From Opitutales bacterium (GTDB lineage: Bacteria; Verrucomicrobiota; Verrucomicrobiia; Opitutales; UBA2987), in the NCBI GenBank assembly GCA_965226885.1, contig CBDDEL010000013.1:256001-320000 (forward strand): a DNA stretch of 64,000 nucleotides. Reading direction: 5' to 3'. The notes below the pieces were generated by a model that saw nothing but the letters and a program-made list of their open reading frames with translations, had not been told where the DNA came from and ran no database searches. Both the position numbers and the translations under genes were made by a program. Positions 1 to 11,161 of the stretch are shown piece by piece. Each line of letters opens with the position of its first letter. Positions within the stretch are counted from its first letter, which is position 1.

Positions 1-255
1 TTTTGCGTTTGTTATTTCAATAAATCCCGGATTGTAATAATCGCTCCTCTCAATGCTCAAGTGTTTGGGCAGCAGTTTAACGGTCTTTCCCTTATACTTT
101 GAAAGTGCATACCTGCCCTCCACACCGAATACAGGAATTTTTTCCTTCTTGTGAGTCCCATAGACGGCGGTGGGGAAGACCTTGGTGGACTCCTCGCCAA
201 AAAGCAGGATCGGTGAAATAAAAATAAGGAAGCTGATAAGAAATTTATTTTTCAT
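1..255 (-). CDS. Hypothetical secreted protein, N-terminal part (runs off the window)
   Basis: Open frame from ATG at 255: MKNKFLISFLIFISPILLFGEESTKVF..., with a signal-peptide-like start. Not in the ORF track. Confidence 0.65.
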   Translation of the reverse strand, partial: MKNKFLISFLIFISPILLFGEESTKVFPTAVYGTHKKEKIPVFGVEGRYALSKYKGKTVKLLPKHLSIERSDYYNPGFIEITNAK

Positions 256-455
256 CGGAGTTGGGTGTTTATTGATTTTCTGCAAGCCCGGTTAATAGTT
301 TCATTAAATTTTAGGTTTTATCAATCCGATCCGGCACGATCCGGCATATATTTCCCTTTTGCCCGTAGAAACGGTTTCAATTTTGTGATGATTCTTGGCA
401 TCGGGTTTCGGGTTCATTTTTTTGTCTCTATGTTCCCACTCAAAAGTTTTGCCCT

Positions 456-1298
456 ATGATCCGCATTTACCGAACAAATGACAAATTTTTTCTGACCCTT
501 GAAGGCCGCTGGTATAGTTCCTCGGATTTTTCATTCGATACCCTTTTTAAGGAGGACGACCCGGAGGGTTGGCTGATGGAAAGGATAGGGGATTGGCCAA
601 TGGCGGATAGCGAAATGCCGGCTGCGATTGCCGCTATGGAACTTTCCCCGCCGATGGAAAATCAGGAAATCTGGGCCGCCGGAGTCACCTATTTACGTAG
701 CCGGGAAGCCAGGGTGGAGGAGTCCCTGAAATCGGGCAGCGACACCTTTTACGACCTCGTTTACGAGGCCGAGCGCCCTGAGATTTTTTTCAAGGGCACG
801 GCCTCCCGAACGGTCGGCCATTGGCAAAAAGTGGCCATCCGCTCGGACTCGCACTGGAATGTGCCTGAGCCGGAGGTGGCCCTGGCCCTAAACGCTGCCG
901 GCAAAGTGTTCGGCTACACCATCGGCAACGATATGAGTTCGCGCGACATCGAGGGGGCCAACCCGCTCTACCTGCCACAAGCCAAGGTTTACCGCAAATG
1001 TTGTGCTTTGGGGCCTGGTTTGACCATCATGAAATCTCTCGACCGCGATACCGCCATCGAGCTGATCATCGAACGTGAGAATCAGACTGTTTTCGTTGGA
1101 AAAACGAGCCTTGTCCAGTTGAAGCGATCCTTCGAGGAACTGACCGCCTTTCTTTTTCGAGACAACGTGTTTCCCTGCGGAGCCTACCTGTTGACAGGAG
1201 CCGGAATCGTTCCGGGATCCGATTTTACATTGCAATCGGGCGATAATATCAGCATCCGCATAAGCGGATTGGGAACCCTGGAAAATAAGGTCGAATGA
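456..1298 (+). CDS. Fumarylacetoacetate hydrolase family protein (2-keto-3-deoxy-pentonate dehydratase-like)
   Basis: WAAGVTY, RPEIFFK, VPEPE, GNDMSSRDIEGANPLYLPQAK and LLTG motifs. Confidence 0.9.
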   Translation: MIRIYRTNDKFFLTLEGRWYSSSDFSFDTLFKEDDPEGWLMERIGDWPMADSEMPAAIAAMELSPPMENQEIWAAGVTYLRSREARVEESLKSGSDTFYDLVYEAERPEIFFKGTASRTVGHWQKVAIRSDSHWNVPEPEVALALNAAGKVFGYTIGNDMSSRDIEGANPLYLPQAKVYRKCCALGPGLTIMKSLDRDTAIELIIERENQTVFVGKTSLVQLKRSFEELTAFLFRDNVFPCGAYLLTGAGIVPGSDFTLQSGDNISIRISGLGTLENKVE

Positions 1299-1355
1299 TG
1301 GTCGTCTTAAATTTCGCTTATGGATCGTCTGCCTGGACCGCGGGAGCCTTTTTTG

Positions 1356-2506
1356 CTATTGCTTCAACCAGCGGTCGAACCAGGCGAAAGCATCCTCCTG
1401 CATTTCGCGGTCAAATTTATGAACCCCCGGATAAAAAGAGCCTTTATAGTGATCCGGCGCTCTAGCCTTGTCGTAAATCTCTTTTAAAATCCCATCCGCC
1501 CGCTTCATTTCGGGCAGCGTGAACAGCGGGTCTTCCAAATTATTGAGGATCAGGGTAGGCAGCGGCACCCGCAATCCCAGAATCTCCGGAAAGTCGAGAT
1601 CATGCGGCAGATGTGGAACGTAGCCCATCCAGGAATGGTTTTTTGAGCGATTGAGAAGAATATCCTTCCAGGTCGTCATTAGACCAGCGGTGACCGCGAC
1701 CTTGATCCTGGAATCCATTCCCCCAAGAAAAACGGTTTGCAGCCCGCCGCCGGAAAGACCCCCGCAACCCACTTGGTCGGCATCAACATCCTGGCGCGCG
1801 CAAAGCACGCGCAAAGCACATCGAGGGCGCGCTGGTCATCGGCCAAAAAGACCCCCGGCCATGTCGTCCCGGCGCAAAAAAGAGACCTGGCCAGGATCGA
1901 TTCATGGACCCTGGCCCAAAAGTTGTAAGCCTTGATGAACAATTCGTCTTCTGAATCCGCACAAGTAATTCCTTGACGTATATTTACCGGCACATCCTCC
2001 AACAAAACCCTTCGGCTGCCAAAGGGGAAAACATCGGGGGCCAGGACCGCATAACCGCGTTTGGCCAAGGCATTCGCCCACGGCCTTCCCTCATACATTT
2101 TTTCATGATGCTCGATCATTATCGGGTGCCGTACATCCGCTGTTCGGCATACCTTGCGCTTGCCGAAATATTTATTGCCGGAGTGGTCGTGCAGGGCCAT
2201 CACTCCCGGCAGCGGATCCTCTTCGCCCTCCGGTTTTAAAAAAACGGCTTCGGTGCGCGGCCCATAGGGTAGCTGCCAGGAAAGCAGCTCGACGTACAGG
2301 CCGTCGTAAATGAATTGTTCATGCACCGTTACTTCTGGAGCGCCCCCGCTGTTCGCCTGGGCCAGCAGTTCTTCCATCCGTTTACGGGCGACGGGCCGCC
2401 ATTTTTCCACATCCTGCCACTGCGGGTTGCGAAAAGACAAATTCGGAGGATCTTTCACCAACCCAGCCGCCCAGGGGCCATAGGCGCCGATCATATTAGG
2501 TTCCAT
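1356..2506 (-). pseudogene. Alpha/beta hydrolase (dienelactone hydrolase/Abhydrolase_7-like), frameshifted
   Basis: Split into ORFs 1679-2506 and 1356-1814 (GLSGGG nucleophile elbow) by an 11-bp tandem duplication, CGCGCAAAGCA x2, at 1797-1818. Confidence 0.85.
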
Positions 2507-2518
2507 TATCGAATTCCC

Positions 2519-3937
2519 TTACTTTAAATCATCGATCCTGATGCGCGCATACCTCATGGTATTGCCCAACATCCCGAGAATGTCGAGCGTTTGGGAAGGC
2601 GCTGAACCGCTGCGTGGGGTTGCCGTGAAAAATCGCATCAGAGGCGTCTTCATTTCCAAAACGACCGGTTCGGAAAATACGCCGTTACTCTTGACTTCGA
2701 TAATACGGTTTTCCGTCGCCTGAATATGCTGACCGTTATCCTTGTGCCCTAAAGAATAGAATATAAAAATTCTCCCATCAGGCGTAATATGGAATCGACC
2801 GGCCTTGGGTACGATTTCCGATTCCCCTTCCTCGACATGCATGACCGGCGCTCTGAAAATTACCTTCCCCTCATCCAAAATTGCATAATTGAGAGCATGA
2901 GATTGTTTGGCTTCGGGAAAAAATTTCTCCCGCAGGCGCTCGTCAAGGGCGCGTTCCGTCCAGAGCACATGAACCAGATCGTTGCGGGCCACCCAGAGAT
3001 CGGCCGGAAACAGCCATCCACAGGTCTCCTCCCGGCTTGCCACCTCCACCCACTGGTTGAATTTGCCTGTCGAAATATCCTCCGACCAAGTGTAAAACAT
3101 GCGGCGGAAGTCGTAATCCCACTTGTTGCCGGTCAACTGAAGCTTGTATTCGCGCCAGGTCCGATTCGGTTCAATAATGTCGCTGACCCCGAATAAATGA
3201 ACCTCCCTCTCCTTCAACTGTACCGCCGGATAGCAGACGCGGATGGTTTGAGGCACCTCATAATCCGGCCCCCAGGGGTATTTCAAATTTCCCTGGCGGG
3301 ACCAATCACCCTTGGCATTTCGGTAGGTCCAAACGGCCATGTTTTCCCCGACACTTTCATTTTGAAACAAAATCATGTCACCGCCAGTGCGGTCGGCCAC
3401 GAAACTGCGATAGGTAGTCTCCTTGAATCTAAATTTTTCTTGCCATACCGGCACGATCGTTTTGTAGGGAGCTTCAATTTCGGACGCTGAAAAACGCAGC
3501 AGTCGAGGCTCTGCCAGACTTATCGCAAATGGTCCGGTCGCTTCTATACCCGGTTCAAGAGTCGGGTTGACGGATAGAAATAATTGCCCGTTCGCCAACA
3601 CGGTCAGTGGCGAGGGCTCACGAGTGAGGTCCTTTTCGTCCTTCTGGACAAGTTTCCAGCCCTCCTTGTCCCTCTTAAAAAAGAGCCAGCGGGTGTTATT
3701 GTCGGGCGGGATTCCCTCCAGGGTTTCCAATCCGCTGGCAAACACCTCTTCGCCATAACGCACGATGCAGGTATTTCCATAACACCAGAGCGGGTTGGCG
3801 CCATTGTTGGCGTTCACAAAACTGTAAATCTCCTCTTCCACCTCGACCACAGCCTGGAATCCCGGTTCACGCGAAGCCACCAGGCCATTACAAAAAAACA
3901 GGAAAAAACTAAAAAGAAAAATAGCAGGATATTTCAT
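2519..3937 (-). CDS. Hypothetical secreted protein (possible beta-propeller)
   Basis: Long ORF. The likely start is MKYPAIFLFSFFLFFCNGL (signal peptide) at 3937 rather than 4042. Confidence 0.7.
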   Translation of the reverse strand: MKYPAIFLFSFFLFFCNGLVASREPGFQAVVEVEEEIYSFVNANNGANPLWCYGNTCIVRYGEEVFASGLETLEGIPPDNNTRWLFFKRDKEGWKLVQKDEKDLTREPSPLTVLANGQLFLSVNPTLEPGIEATGPFAISLAEPRLLRFSASEIEAPYKTIVPVWQEKFRFKETTYRSFVADRTGGDMILFQNESVGENMAVWTYRNAKGDWSRQGNLKYPWGPDYEVPQTIRVCYPAVQLKEREVHLFGVSDIIEPNRTWREYKLQLTGNKWDYDFRRMFYTWSEDISTGKFNQWVEVASREETCGWLFPADLWVARNDLVHVLWTERALDERLREKFFPEAKQSHALNYAILDEGKVIFRAPVMHVEEGESEIVPKAGRFHITPDGRIFIFYSLGHKDNGQHIQATENRIIEVKSNGVFSEPVVLEMKTPLMRFFTATPRSGSAPSQTLDILGMLGNTMRYARIRIDDLK

Positions 3938-4075
3938 AGAACACTTACCGGTTAATAGTGCTTGAGCGGAAAATTCATAATTGAATTCAGGTATTACTTC
4001 AACTGGGCCATACCACAGGATATGGTTCACCTTATGATACATTGAGATCCTTTCTCAAGAAATGTCTGACGTAGA

Positions 4076-4093
4076 ACAATCAATATTGATTGT
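4076..4093. promoter_or_regulatory. Perfect 18-bp palindrome, candidate operator between divergent genes
   Basis: ACAATCAATATTGATTGT is its own reverse complement and lies about 35 bp upstream of ORF 4129. Confidence 0.45.
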
Positions 4094-4128
4094 GGACAAC
4101 TACCCCGGCTTCCAACGATAAATAATTA

Positions 4129-4803
4129 ATGATCAAGGAAATTTATTTCTTTTTCCGGTATGGGCCGGGGGTTCAGAAGCGGAAGATTGAATTGGGCATG
4201 GTTGAATTCATGAAAGCCATTGCCAGGGATCTTGATGCGGATGGTTTTGCGGAGCTTCGGACCAGCCTGGTGGGCGATCTGGAGGGAAAGATTCTGGAAA
4301 TCGGATCGGGGACAGGAGCCACTTTCCCTTATTACGGACCCAAGGCGAATGTTACCACAATCGAGCCAAGCGACGAATTTCGGGCCGCCTCTATAGAAGC
4401 CGCTGAAAGCGCCGCAGCCAATATCCGTGTCATTCCGGGTGCGGGGGAGAAACTTCCCTTTCCCGATGCTGCATTTGAAGTGGTGACCACCTCGATGGCC
4501 CTGTGCAGCGTAGCCTCGCCCTCCAGGACCCTGGCCGAATTCAAACGAGTCCTTCAACCGGGAGGCCGGCTCCGGCTACTGGAGCACGTCCGCAGCGAGC
4601 ACTGGCTGGCCGGTCCCCTGCTGGATTTATTCAACCCAATCTGGCTCCGCATCAACGATATAGGCTGCAACTGGAACCGCCGCACGGTGGAAACCGTCCG
4701 CCAAGCCGGATTCACCATCCAGTCAATCGAGTCCCACAAAATCTACTCCAAAACCGCCCCCGCCACCTTCCCCCTGAGAGTCATCAAGGCCGAGAAGCCT
4801 TAA
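4129..4803 (+). CDS. Class I SAM-dependent methyltransferase (Methyltransf_11, METTL7-like)
   Basis: ILEIGSGTG, EKLPFPDAAFE, LCSV and RVLQPGG..LLEHV motifs. Confidence 0.9.
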   Translation: MIKEIYFFFRYGPGVQKRKIELGMVEFMKAIARDLDADGFAELRTSLVGDLEGKILEIGSGTGATFPYYGPKANVTTIEPSDEFRAASIEAAESAAANIRVIPGAGEKLPFPDAAFEVVTTSMALCSVASPSRTLAEFKRVLQPGGRLRLLEHVRSEHWLAGPLLDLFNPIWLRINDIGCNWNRRTVETVRQAGFTIQSIESHKIYSKTAPATFPLRVIKAEKP

Positions 4804-4926
4804 TAAGCCATTAGAAATTTTTATTCTCTTGTTGATCAATAAATTTCGATTCGTCTTAATACTATCGGCTGTAAAATTATTTTCTCCATAATAAGTAACG
4901 AAAACGCTGTTTTCAACTTATGTCAC

Positions 4927-4967
4927 GAATATTAGAGAATCCTGTGTCCAGCAATCCCTGTACATCA
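4927..4967 (+). repeat. Orphan, diverged IS3-type terminal repeat
   Basis: GAATATTAGAGAATCCTGTGTCCAGCAATCCCTGTACATCA resembles the IS3-A right end GAATATAAGAGAATCCCGTGTCCAACAAATCCAGTACACGTCA that ends at 31678. Confidence 0.6.
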
Positions 4968-4981
4968 CGGAATGGATCTAG

Positions 4982-5808
4982 CCCGGATATTTCGTAAAAA
5001 AAGTATCGTTGATATGCTTAACTGCTGATATACAGCAGGATAGATCAATAATTAAAGCAATATCAGCGATGACAAAAGGTAAACAATTAAAGCTACAGTT
5101 GACAAGGGTAAAAGGCCGCCGTGTGCGGGTTGATTTCAAGGGCGGAGAGGTTACTTCGGATGCCGGACTGCTTTTGATCCGGGAAGTGGATCGGCAGTTG
5201 GGCTTGACCGAACGAGCGGCCCGACAGTTAGTGGACAAACGGCAGAAGGGCAAAGTACGCCATGAGGTATTGGGGATGCTGCGGCAGCGCGTTTACGGGC
5301 TGGTGGCGGGCTATGAGGATTTGAACGACTTTGATACCCTGCGCCACGATCTATTGTTGCCAACGGTAACGGGGCGCATTGAAACGTTGGCCAGCGCGCC
5401 GACTTTGTGTCGTTTTGAAAACGGGCAGGATCGGCGGGCGGCCTTTGCGGTAAACGAGCTGTTGGTCGAACAGTTCATGGGCTCCTTTGCCGAGGAACCC
5501 GAAGAGATCATCCTGGACTTTGACGCCACCGACAATCCGGTGCACGGGCTCCAGGAGGGACGTTTTTTCCACGGTTATTATGATCATTACTGTTTTCTGC
5601 CGCTATATGTTTTTTGCGGTGATCAGCTGCTGGTGGCCTACCTGCGGCCGAGCAAGATCGATGCCAGCAAGCATGCCGGGGCCATCCTCAAATTGCTGGT
5701 TAAACGGATTCGCCAAAGCTGGCCCCGTACGCGGATTATTTGGCGCGCCGACAGTGGATTTTGTCGAGACCGGATACTCTCTTGGTGCGACCGCAACGAA
5801 GTTAGTTA
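4982..5808 (+). mobile_element. IS1380-family element, 3'-truncated
   Basis: IRL CCCGGATATTTC preceded by CTAG. Transposase N-half (TSDAG, LDFDATD, WRADSGF) is cut by the IS5-like element. Confidence 0.93.
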
Positions 5809-7625
5809 GAGGCTGTCCCAAAAGGGTGATTTTTGCGAGGGCTTTTGATAGGCGCTCATTTTAGAGGTATTTGCATTTGGGAGAGTATCAACTTTGCTCT
5901 CCTATGACGTTAGGATACTGGTTTTGGGGTCCGGTTGCCTGATTTTCTTTGTATGAGCCGACAGTAAGGCTGTGAAAAAGTATTGTCCTTGCTTTTCCGC
6001 TCTCTAGGCCGCCGCTTTGGTTTTTAGTTCGTCTTGCTGGGCCAGCATCTTGGCTACTTTCCATAGGTTGTGCGAGAGTACCGACCAGGCTACGCTGATC
6101 GAGCGGTTGGCAAAGCCTTTGCTGCGCAACCGCCCGGCCTGCCAGCGATTCTTCAATACCCCGATCCGCCCTTCGGTGCTGGCCCGGCGCTTTTGCAATT
6201 GTCTGAACAGTGGTTCCTCCATCCGTTTTTTCAACTGCTTCGGATCGCGTGGACAGAGCGCGTCGTAGATTCCCTCCTGGGCTAACTGCCGGCGGGCCCG
6301 CTGGGAGGCAAATCCCCGGTCCGCGCACATGGCCGCTATGGGTTCTTCCAGGTTGAAGCGGTTCTGTCTTTGCAAACTCTCTTGCATTTGCTCATTTTCG
6401 CTTGGAGTTCGGCTGCCGTAGAGTTTCCAGTCCAGCAGGTACCCTTCAACGCTTTCTCCCAAAAACAGGGTGTTGCCGAACTCGACCTCTTGGCCCGCTT
6501 TACCTCGCACAATCACCTGCCCATCGAGTTCGTAAACACTCAAGACTTTCTCTGCGTTTTTCACCTGGCGGCCGCCAATGATCCGCTCGGGCGCCTGTTT
6601 GATGACCACCGGGATTTGCTCGCTCATGCGCTCTATCCGGGCGAGGATCTGTTGGACCTGTTTTTCGCTGTAATCGCTTTGCTCCCAGCAGGCTTGCAAT
6701 AATTCCCGGTGACTGCGGGCATGCTCCCCGATCCGTTTGAGCAGCTTTTTCATCTGCCTCAAGATACCCTTGCGCTGCCGCGCGCTGTCCTTTCGCCGCC
6801 GGCTGTGGGTCATTTGTATGCACAGCCGATTCATCTGCCGAGCCAAGGGCTCCGGTTCGATCGGCATGCGATGGCGCAAACCGGCCTTCTCGCGGATCAG
6901 CCGGATCGCTTTGAGCAACGTGCCGGCTACATCCTTGAGTAATACCCAGTCCGTCGGCCAATGAATGTTAGCCTCCAAACAGGTGCCGTCGATCAGGCAA
7001 ATGGTGGTGTCAATCGGCTTGTCCAATCCCACCTGCCGGGCCAGAAGGGCATCGCCCACCACCTCAGTCAAGGTCCGGTGCAAGGCCCTCAACTGCTCTT
7101 CGCTGAAAAACTTCGAGGCCCGCTCCAGGGTGCTTTTGGAGATGCCCCTGATGCCATCGATCTGCCGGACACGGCAAAAGTCGGCCAACAGATCGCTGCT
7201 GCCCAGAGCCCGCGACAAATGCCGAAACGAAATCCCTCCGAGCAGACGGCCCAGCGTATCCATGCGCAGTGCCTTGATGGCAAAACTGGCCCGCTGCCGC
7301 CGGGCCTTTAGACCCATTGGCGGCCACCCCTCCAAGGCCAGCTCAATGGCCTGCGATTCCACCTCCGAGTCGATCAGCAGCCGATCGATTCGATCAATGG
7401 TGGCGCGGAAGTTATCGTAATCGAGGCACCGGTCGACCACAGTTAAAGCTGGACGCAGGAGGCATTGGATGGCTATATTTTTCATAGAAAGGGCTATATT
7501 GATTTTCGCTAACTCAATTATAGAACCCTTTTTTGGCCGGATCGAGCAAAAACTTGCTCTTTCCGGCTCTTTTTATCAACGTCATCCAGTTGACTATAAA
7601 ATCTTTATATTTTTGGGACAGCCTC
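5809..7625 (-). mobile_element. IS5/ISNCY-like element (493-aa DDE transposase, 6004-7485)
   Basis: IRs GAGGCTGTCCCAAAA at both ends; DGTCLEANIHWPTD, GKAGQEVEFG and ADRGF motifs. Flanks do not match, implying rearrangement. Family assignment is tentative. Confidence 0.9.
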
Positions 7626-7641
7626 TAAGTATGCGGACGCC

Positions 7642-9420
7642 TTGCGCCCTGCCATTAGGGAATATGTTTCGTCGGGAACATATTTGGCTCTCGGGCTGGG
7701 GAGCGAATTGGTCCGCGAAACGGAAGCCCGCTTAGAAAAAACTCCCTATAAAGGGCAGGCCAGCGCATCCTTGGCCTCCCGTGTCGGCCTCAACATCCGG
7801 CTTGGGGACGACCCGGATGAGCTGCCCGCCCAAATGCGTCATCAGGCAGAGCCGCATATCGCTCGGCATCCCATGAATCCGGACCTCGTGGTAGGTACTT
7901 TCCAGGAGGGCCGGTTTACCGATGGCGGGGCGGTCAATTGCGGTTACGCCGTCAGTCAGGATGGCGGGCTGAACTGGAATCGGGCTCTCATTCCCGGTCT
8001 GACTACTGTTTCCGGGGGAACTTTTGAAAGGGCATCCGATCCCGTGTCGGCGGTCGATCATCTGGGCAATATTTACCTCAACACCCTCGGCATCACACCT
8101 TTTCCAACCGGCAACTTGATTATGATGAGCAAGAGTTCCGACGGGGGGTTTAATTTCGATTTGCCCGTAGTGGCTGCTGAGCCGCCCGGTGAAGGCGATT
8201 TTTTGGACAAGAACTGGGTTGTCGTGAACACTTTTTCCGGAACGCCCACTGCCGGACGGGTTTTCACATCATTTACCAATTTCCGCGACGACGACGCTGG
8301 TTTTCCCATTATGGCTTCTTACAGTGACGATGGGGGAGAAAGTTGGCTTTCGGAACTTATCTTCGTGACCCCGCCCAACTCATTTTGCCAGGGTTCCCAA
8401 CCCGTTTACCTGCCCGATGGCGATTTGGCGGTCGTTTATTGGAATTTTATAACCCCCGACGGTGGTTTTGCCGACGACCGGATTGAAATTAGGATTTCTG
8501 AAGACGGTGGCGGCGTCTTTGGTCCCCCGCTTCTGGTGGCGGGCGGCTTCACGGTTTATGGTGACCCAGTCCTGCACGGCGGCACATTTCTACCCTCTGC
8601 TGCCGCAGACCGTAATGCAGGTGCGCTCTTTGTCACCTATCAGGCGGTTATGGAGGGCATTCCCAAAGTTGTGTTCACCCGTTCATCCGATAAAGGGCAA
8701 ACCTGGACAGCGCCCCTCGCCGCGAGCAATAATCCCGCCGGCAGTTCCATCGCCAGTCCCGCTATTGCAGTTTCGCCCGATGGGCGCCATGTCACCATAA
8801 TTTTTTACGATACCCGCGATAATCCGCAAAACGGCAACCTTTTCCATCTTTACCTGGCCGAGTCTTTTGACGGTGGCGGTACCTGGGAGCCAAACACCCG
8901 CCTCTCGGATACCCCCAGCAACGCCCTTCTGGCCCCATTGACGCCGGGTGGGCGCATGTTAGGAGATTACCTGGGGGTGGTTTCCGCTTTGGGTGGTCAA
9001 GCCCCCGCAGTTGCCATCTGGATCGACACCCGCACCGGCTCGCCGGACCCTTTTGCCGTAGCCTTCGACCGTCCTTTTCCCGATCCCTTCGGAGGGGAAG
9101 AAATCGCCGATTTCCCCGGTTGGAACGCTTCGCCTTGGTACGACGACTATTTTACGGATTTATGGCCTTGGGTGTATCATTCCCAGCACGGCTGGCAATG
9201 GGTGAATCTGGAGAACGGTCCGCAGGGAATATTTCTTTTCGATTTGGGCCTTAACGAGTGGATTTTTCTTAATGAAAACACCTACCGATGGTTCTTTCTC
9301 TTTGGCGATACGCCCGGCTGGGTCTGGTCCTTCCCGGATGGAAATCCTGTGGAACGTTTTTTTGTCCGGGCGAACAGCGATTGTATATTCAGCGACTTAT
9401 CCGGCTCCGGCTGCCCATAA
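7642..9420 (+). CDS. Asp-box/BNR-repeat sialidase-like protein with Trp-rich C-terminal domain; probably 5'-truncated by the IS
   Basis: Six SxDxG Asp boxes (SQDGG, SSDGG, SDDGG, SEDGG, SSDKG, SFDGG). No signal peptide, and the ORF abuts the IS end at 7625. Confidence 0.8.
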   Translation: MRPAIREYVSSGTYLALGLGSELVRETEARLEKTPYKGQASASLASRVGLNIRLGDDPDELPAQMRHQAEPHIARHPMNPDLVVGTFQEGRFTDGGAVNCGYAVSQDGGLNWNRALIPGLTTVSGGTFERASDPVSAVDHLGNIYLNTLGITPFPTGNLIMMSKSSDGGFNFDLPVVAAEPPGEGDFLDKNWVVVNTFSGTPTAGRVFTSFTNFRDDDAGFPIMASYSDDGGESWLSELIFVTPPNSFCQGSQPVYLPDGDLAVVYWNFITPDGGFADDRIEIRISEDGGGVFGPPLLVAGGFTVYGDPVLHGGTFLPSAAADRNAGALFVTYQAVMEGIPKVVFTRSSDKGQTWTAPLAASNNPAGSSIASPAIAVSPDGRHVTIIFYDTRDNPQNGNLFHLYLAESFDGGGTWEPNTRLSDTPSNALLAPLTPGGRMLGDYLGVVSALGGQAPAVAIWIDTRTGSPDPFAVAFDRPFPDPFGGEEIADFPGWNASPWYDDYFTDLWPWVYHSQHGWQWVNLENGPQGIFLFDLGLNEWIFLNENTYRWFFLFGDTPGWVWSFPDGNPVERFFVRANSDCIFSDLSGSGCP

Positions 9421-9458
9421 CTCAATATTGCGGAGTTTTCCCCGCGCCGTAAACTACC

Positions 9459-10190
9459 CTAAAGCCCGGCCGTTTCCGTCTCGGCTTCCTCTTCCGCCTC
9501 TTCGACTCGAAGTTCGGGAATACTATCGCGCAGTTGGCCCACCTTGATAGACCAAATCCAGTAACCGGGCTTGGCCAGCGTGTCGATAAAATCAAGCTGC
9601 TCTTGCACCGCCTCGAATTCTTCCTTTTCCCAATGGTGGATGGCCAGATTGTAGGCCGCCTCCGCGCGAGTGGAATCGAGCATAGATTCATCTCTGGCAA
9701 GGGTTTCCAAAGATTGCTGCGCTATAACTGCTTGGCCATTTGATAGACTGGCCATGGCATAGCCAAGTTGCGCCCGGCCCGCATATGGCGTATCCGCTAA
9801 AATTTCGGCCGCTTTCTCATAGTGCCCGGCCGCTTCCTTAAATTGTTTTTGGTCGTATTCCTGATGGGCCGCCTGCAAATAGGCGAAACCGCCCAGCGGA
9901 TGGCTGGAATATTCCAATCCGAAAGTGACCAAATCGGTCGAGTCTTCGGTTTCCTGGTAAGCCGTCTGAATCTTCTCCACATTGCGCTGGGCAAGATACC
10001 CGGAAACCTGGTAAGCCAGCACCGCCACAACCACCAGGGCCACGATCATGACCAGGCGATTCCCGTGAACACCCCATAATTGGAGTACCTGCTCCTCGAA
10101 ATCGCCATCCCCAGGCGGTGTTTCCACAGACCCTGCCTGACGCGGGTTGGCGGCTATAATATTCCTCTTTCTGGATGATTTCTTTTTCAT
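9459..10190 (-). CDS. TPR-repeat membrane protein (YfgM/TPR_21-like)
   Basis: One N-terminal TM helix followed by TPR-like helices. Confidence 0.75.
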   Translation of the reverse strand: MKKKSSRKRNIIAANPRQAGSVETPPGDGDFEEQVLQLWGVHGNRLVMIVALVVVAVLAYQVSGYLAQRNVEKIQTAYQETEDSTDLVTFGLEYSSHPLGGFAYLQAAHQEYDQKQFKEAAGHYEKAAEILADTPYAGRAQLGYAMASLSNGQAVIAQQSLETLARDESMLDSTRAEAAYNLAIHHWEKEEFEAVQEQLDFIDTLAKPGYWIWSIKVGQLRDSIPELRVEEAEEEAETETAGL

Positions 10191-10365
10191 TTATTGAGCA
10201 AAGCCAAGAGGGTTCTCAAACAAACCGGAGCAAGTCAACCATCTTCCTGTGCCCAATTTTCTATCAAAAAGAGGAAAACTTTTTGCTTGGTGTCGATAAC
10301 AGAGTCGGCTAATAGATGGCTCTTTCAACAATTTTTTGATTCCAGAAACTTTTACCAGGCTAGTT

Positions 10366-10956
10366 ATGAAAATGCTCAAAGACGAAGCTGAACCTCGGGA
10401 TGAGGCCGTCAGCATCCGCAACATCATGCAAAAAAAATTCCTCGAGGAGAGGAAAGTGTTCCTTTGGGGGGAAGTAAGCGATGAAAGCTGCCGCGATGTG
10501 ACGGATAAATTCTTCTACCTGGAATCGACCGACCCGGGTAAAGAAATCATTTTTTACATGAACACCCCGGGCGGCTCCATCACCGCCGGCATGGCCCTCT
10601 ACGACACCATGAAGCTGATCAGCTCGCCCATTACCGTGGTAGTCACAGGAATGGCCGCCAGCATGGGCTCTGTGCTTTTATGCGCCGGAGCAAAGGGCAA
10701 ACGCCTCCTCTATCCCCACTCGCGCATCTTGATTCACCAACCCCTCATCACCGGCCGCATGATGGGCGCGGCGGTCGATATCAACATTCAAGCCCAGGAA
10801 ATGGAGAAACTTCGCGACGAGCTCAACGGCATCCTCGCGGAGAGTTCCGGCCAGCCCATCGAGAAAATCCGCAAGGACACCGATCGCGATTTTTACATGA
10901 ACGCCCAGGAGACCATCGATTACGGCCTGGCCGACGCCATCGTGGATAAAGTTTAA
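10366..10956 (+). CDS. clpP: ATP-dependent Clp protease proteolytic subunit
   Basis: YMNTPGGS, GMAASMG, ILIHQP and DTDRDFYM motifs. ATG at 10366 preferred over TTG at 10336. Confidence 0.97.
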   Translation: MKMLKDEAEPRDEAVSIRNIMQKKFLEERKVFLWGEVSDESCRDVTDKFFYLESTDPGKEIIFYMNTPGGSITAGMALYDTMKLISSPITVVVTGMAASMGSVLLCAGAKGKRLLYPHSRILIHQPLITGRMMGAAVDINIQAQEMEKLRDELNGILAESSGQPIEKIRKDTDRDFYMNAQETIDYGLADAIVDKV

Positions 10957-10988
10957 ACTTCATTTTACGAAGACACCGTGTAATCCCC

Positions 10989-11017
10989 GAAACGGAGATA
11001 TACAATATCTCCGTTTC
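10989..11017 (+). terminator. Hairpin after clpP, probable terminator
   Basis: 13-bp stem GAAACGGAGATAT-aca-ATATCTCCGTTTC; weak U-tract. Confidence 0.6.
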
Positions 11018-11161
11018 TTCTCAATCCCCAATCCCTGGTACGAATTTGCACACAGCAGCCCGCCCGAATTTGAGATAGCTTCTAAACAATATGAAAAATT
11101 ACCAGCGCTTCAAAATGATACGCAATTGCTACCAGAATTTGAATCGAGGGCCGAAATATCA

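Noticed and set aside
4067..4967. Methyltransferase carried between IS3-like ends
   Set aside because: The left candidate end matches too weakly and there is no DR.
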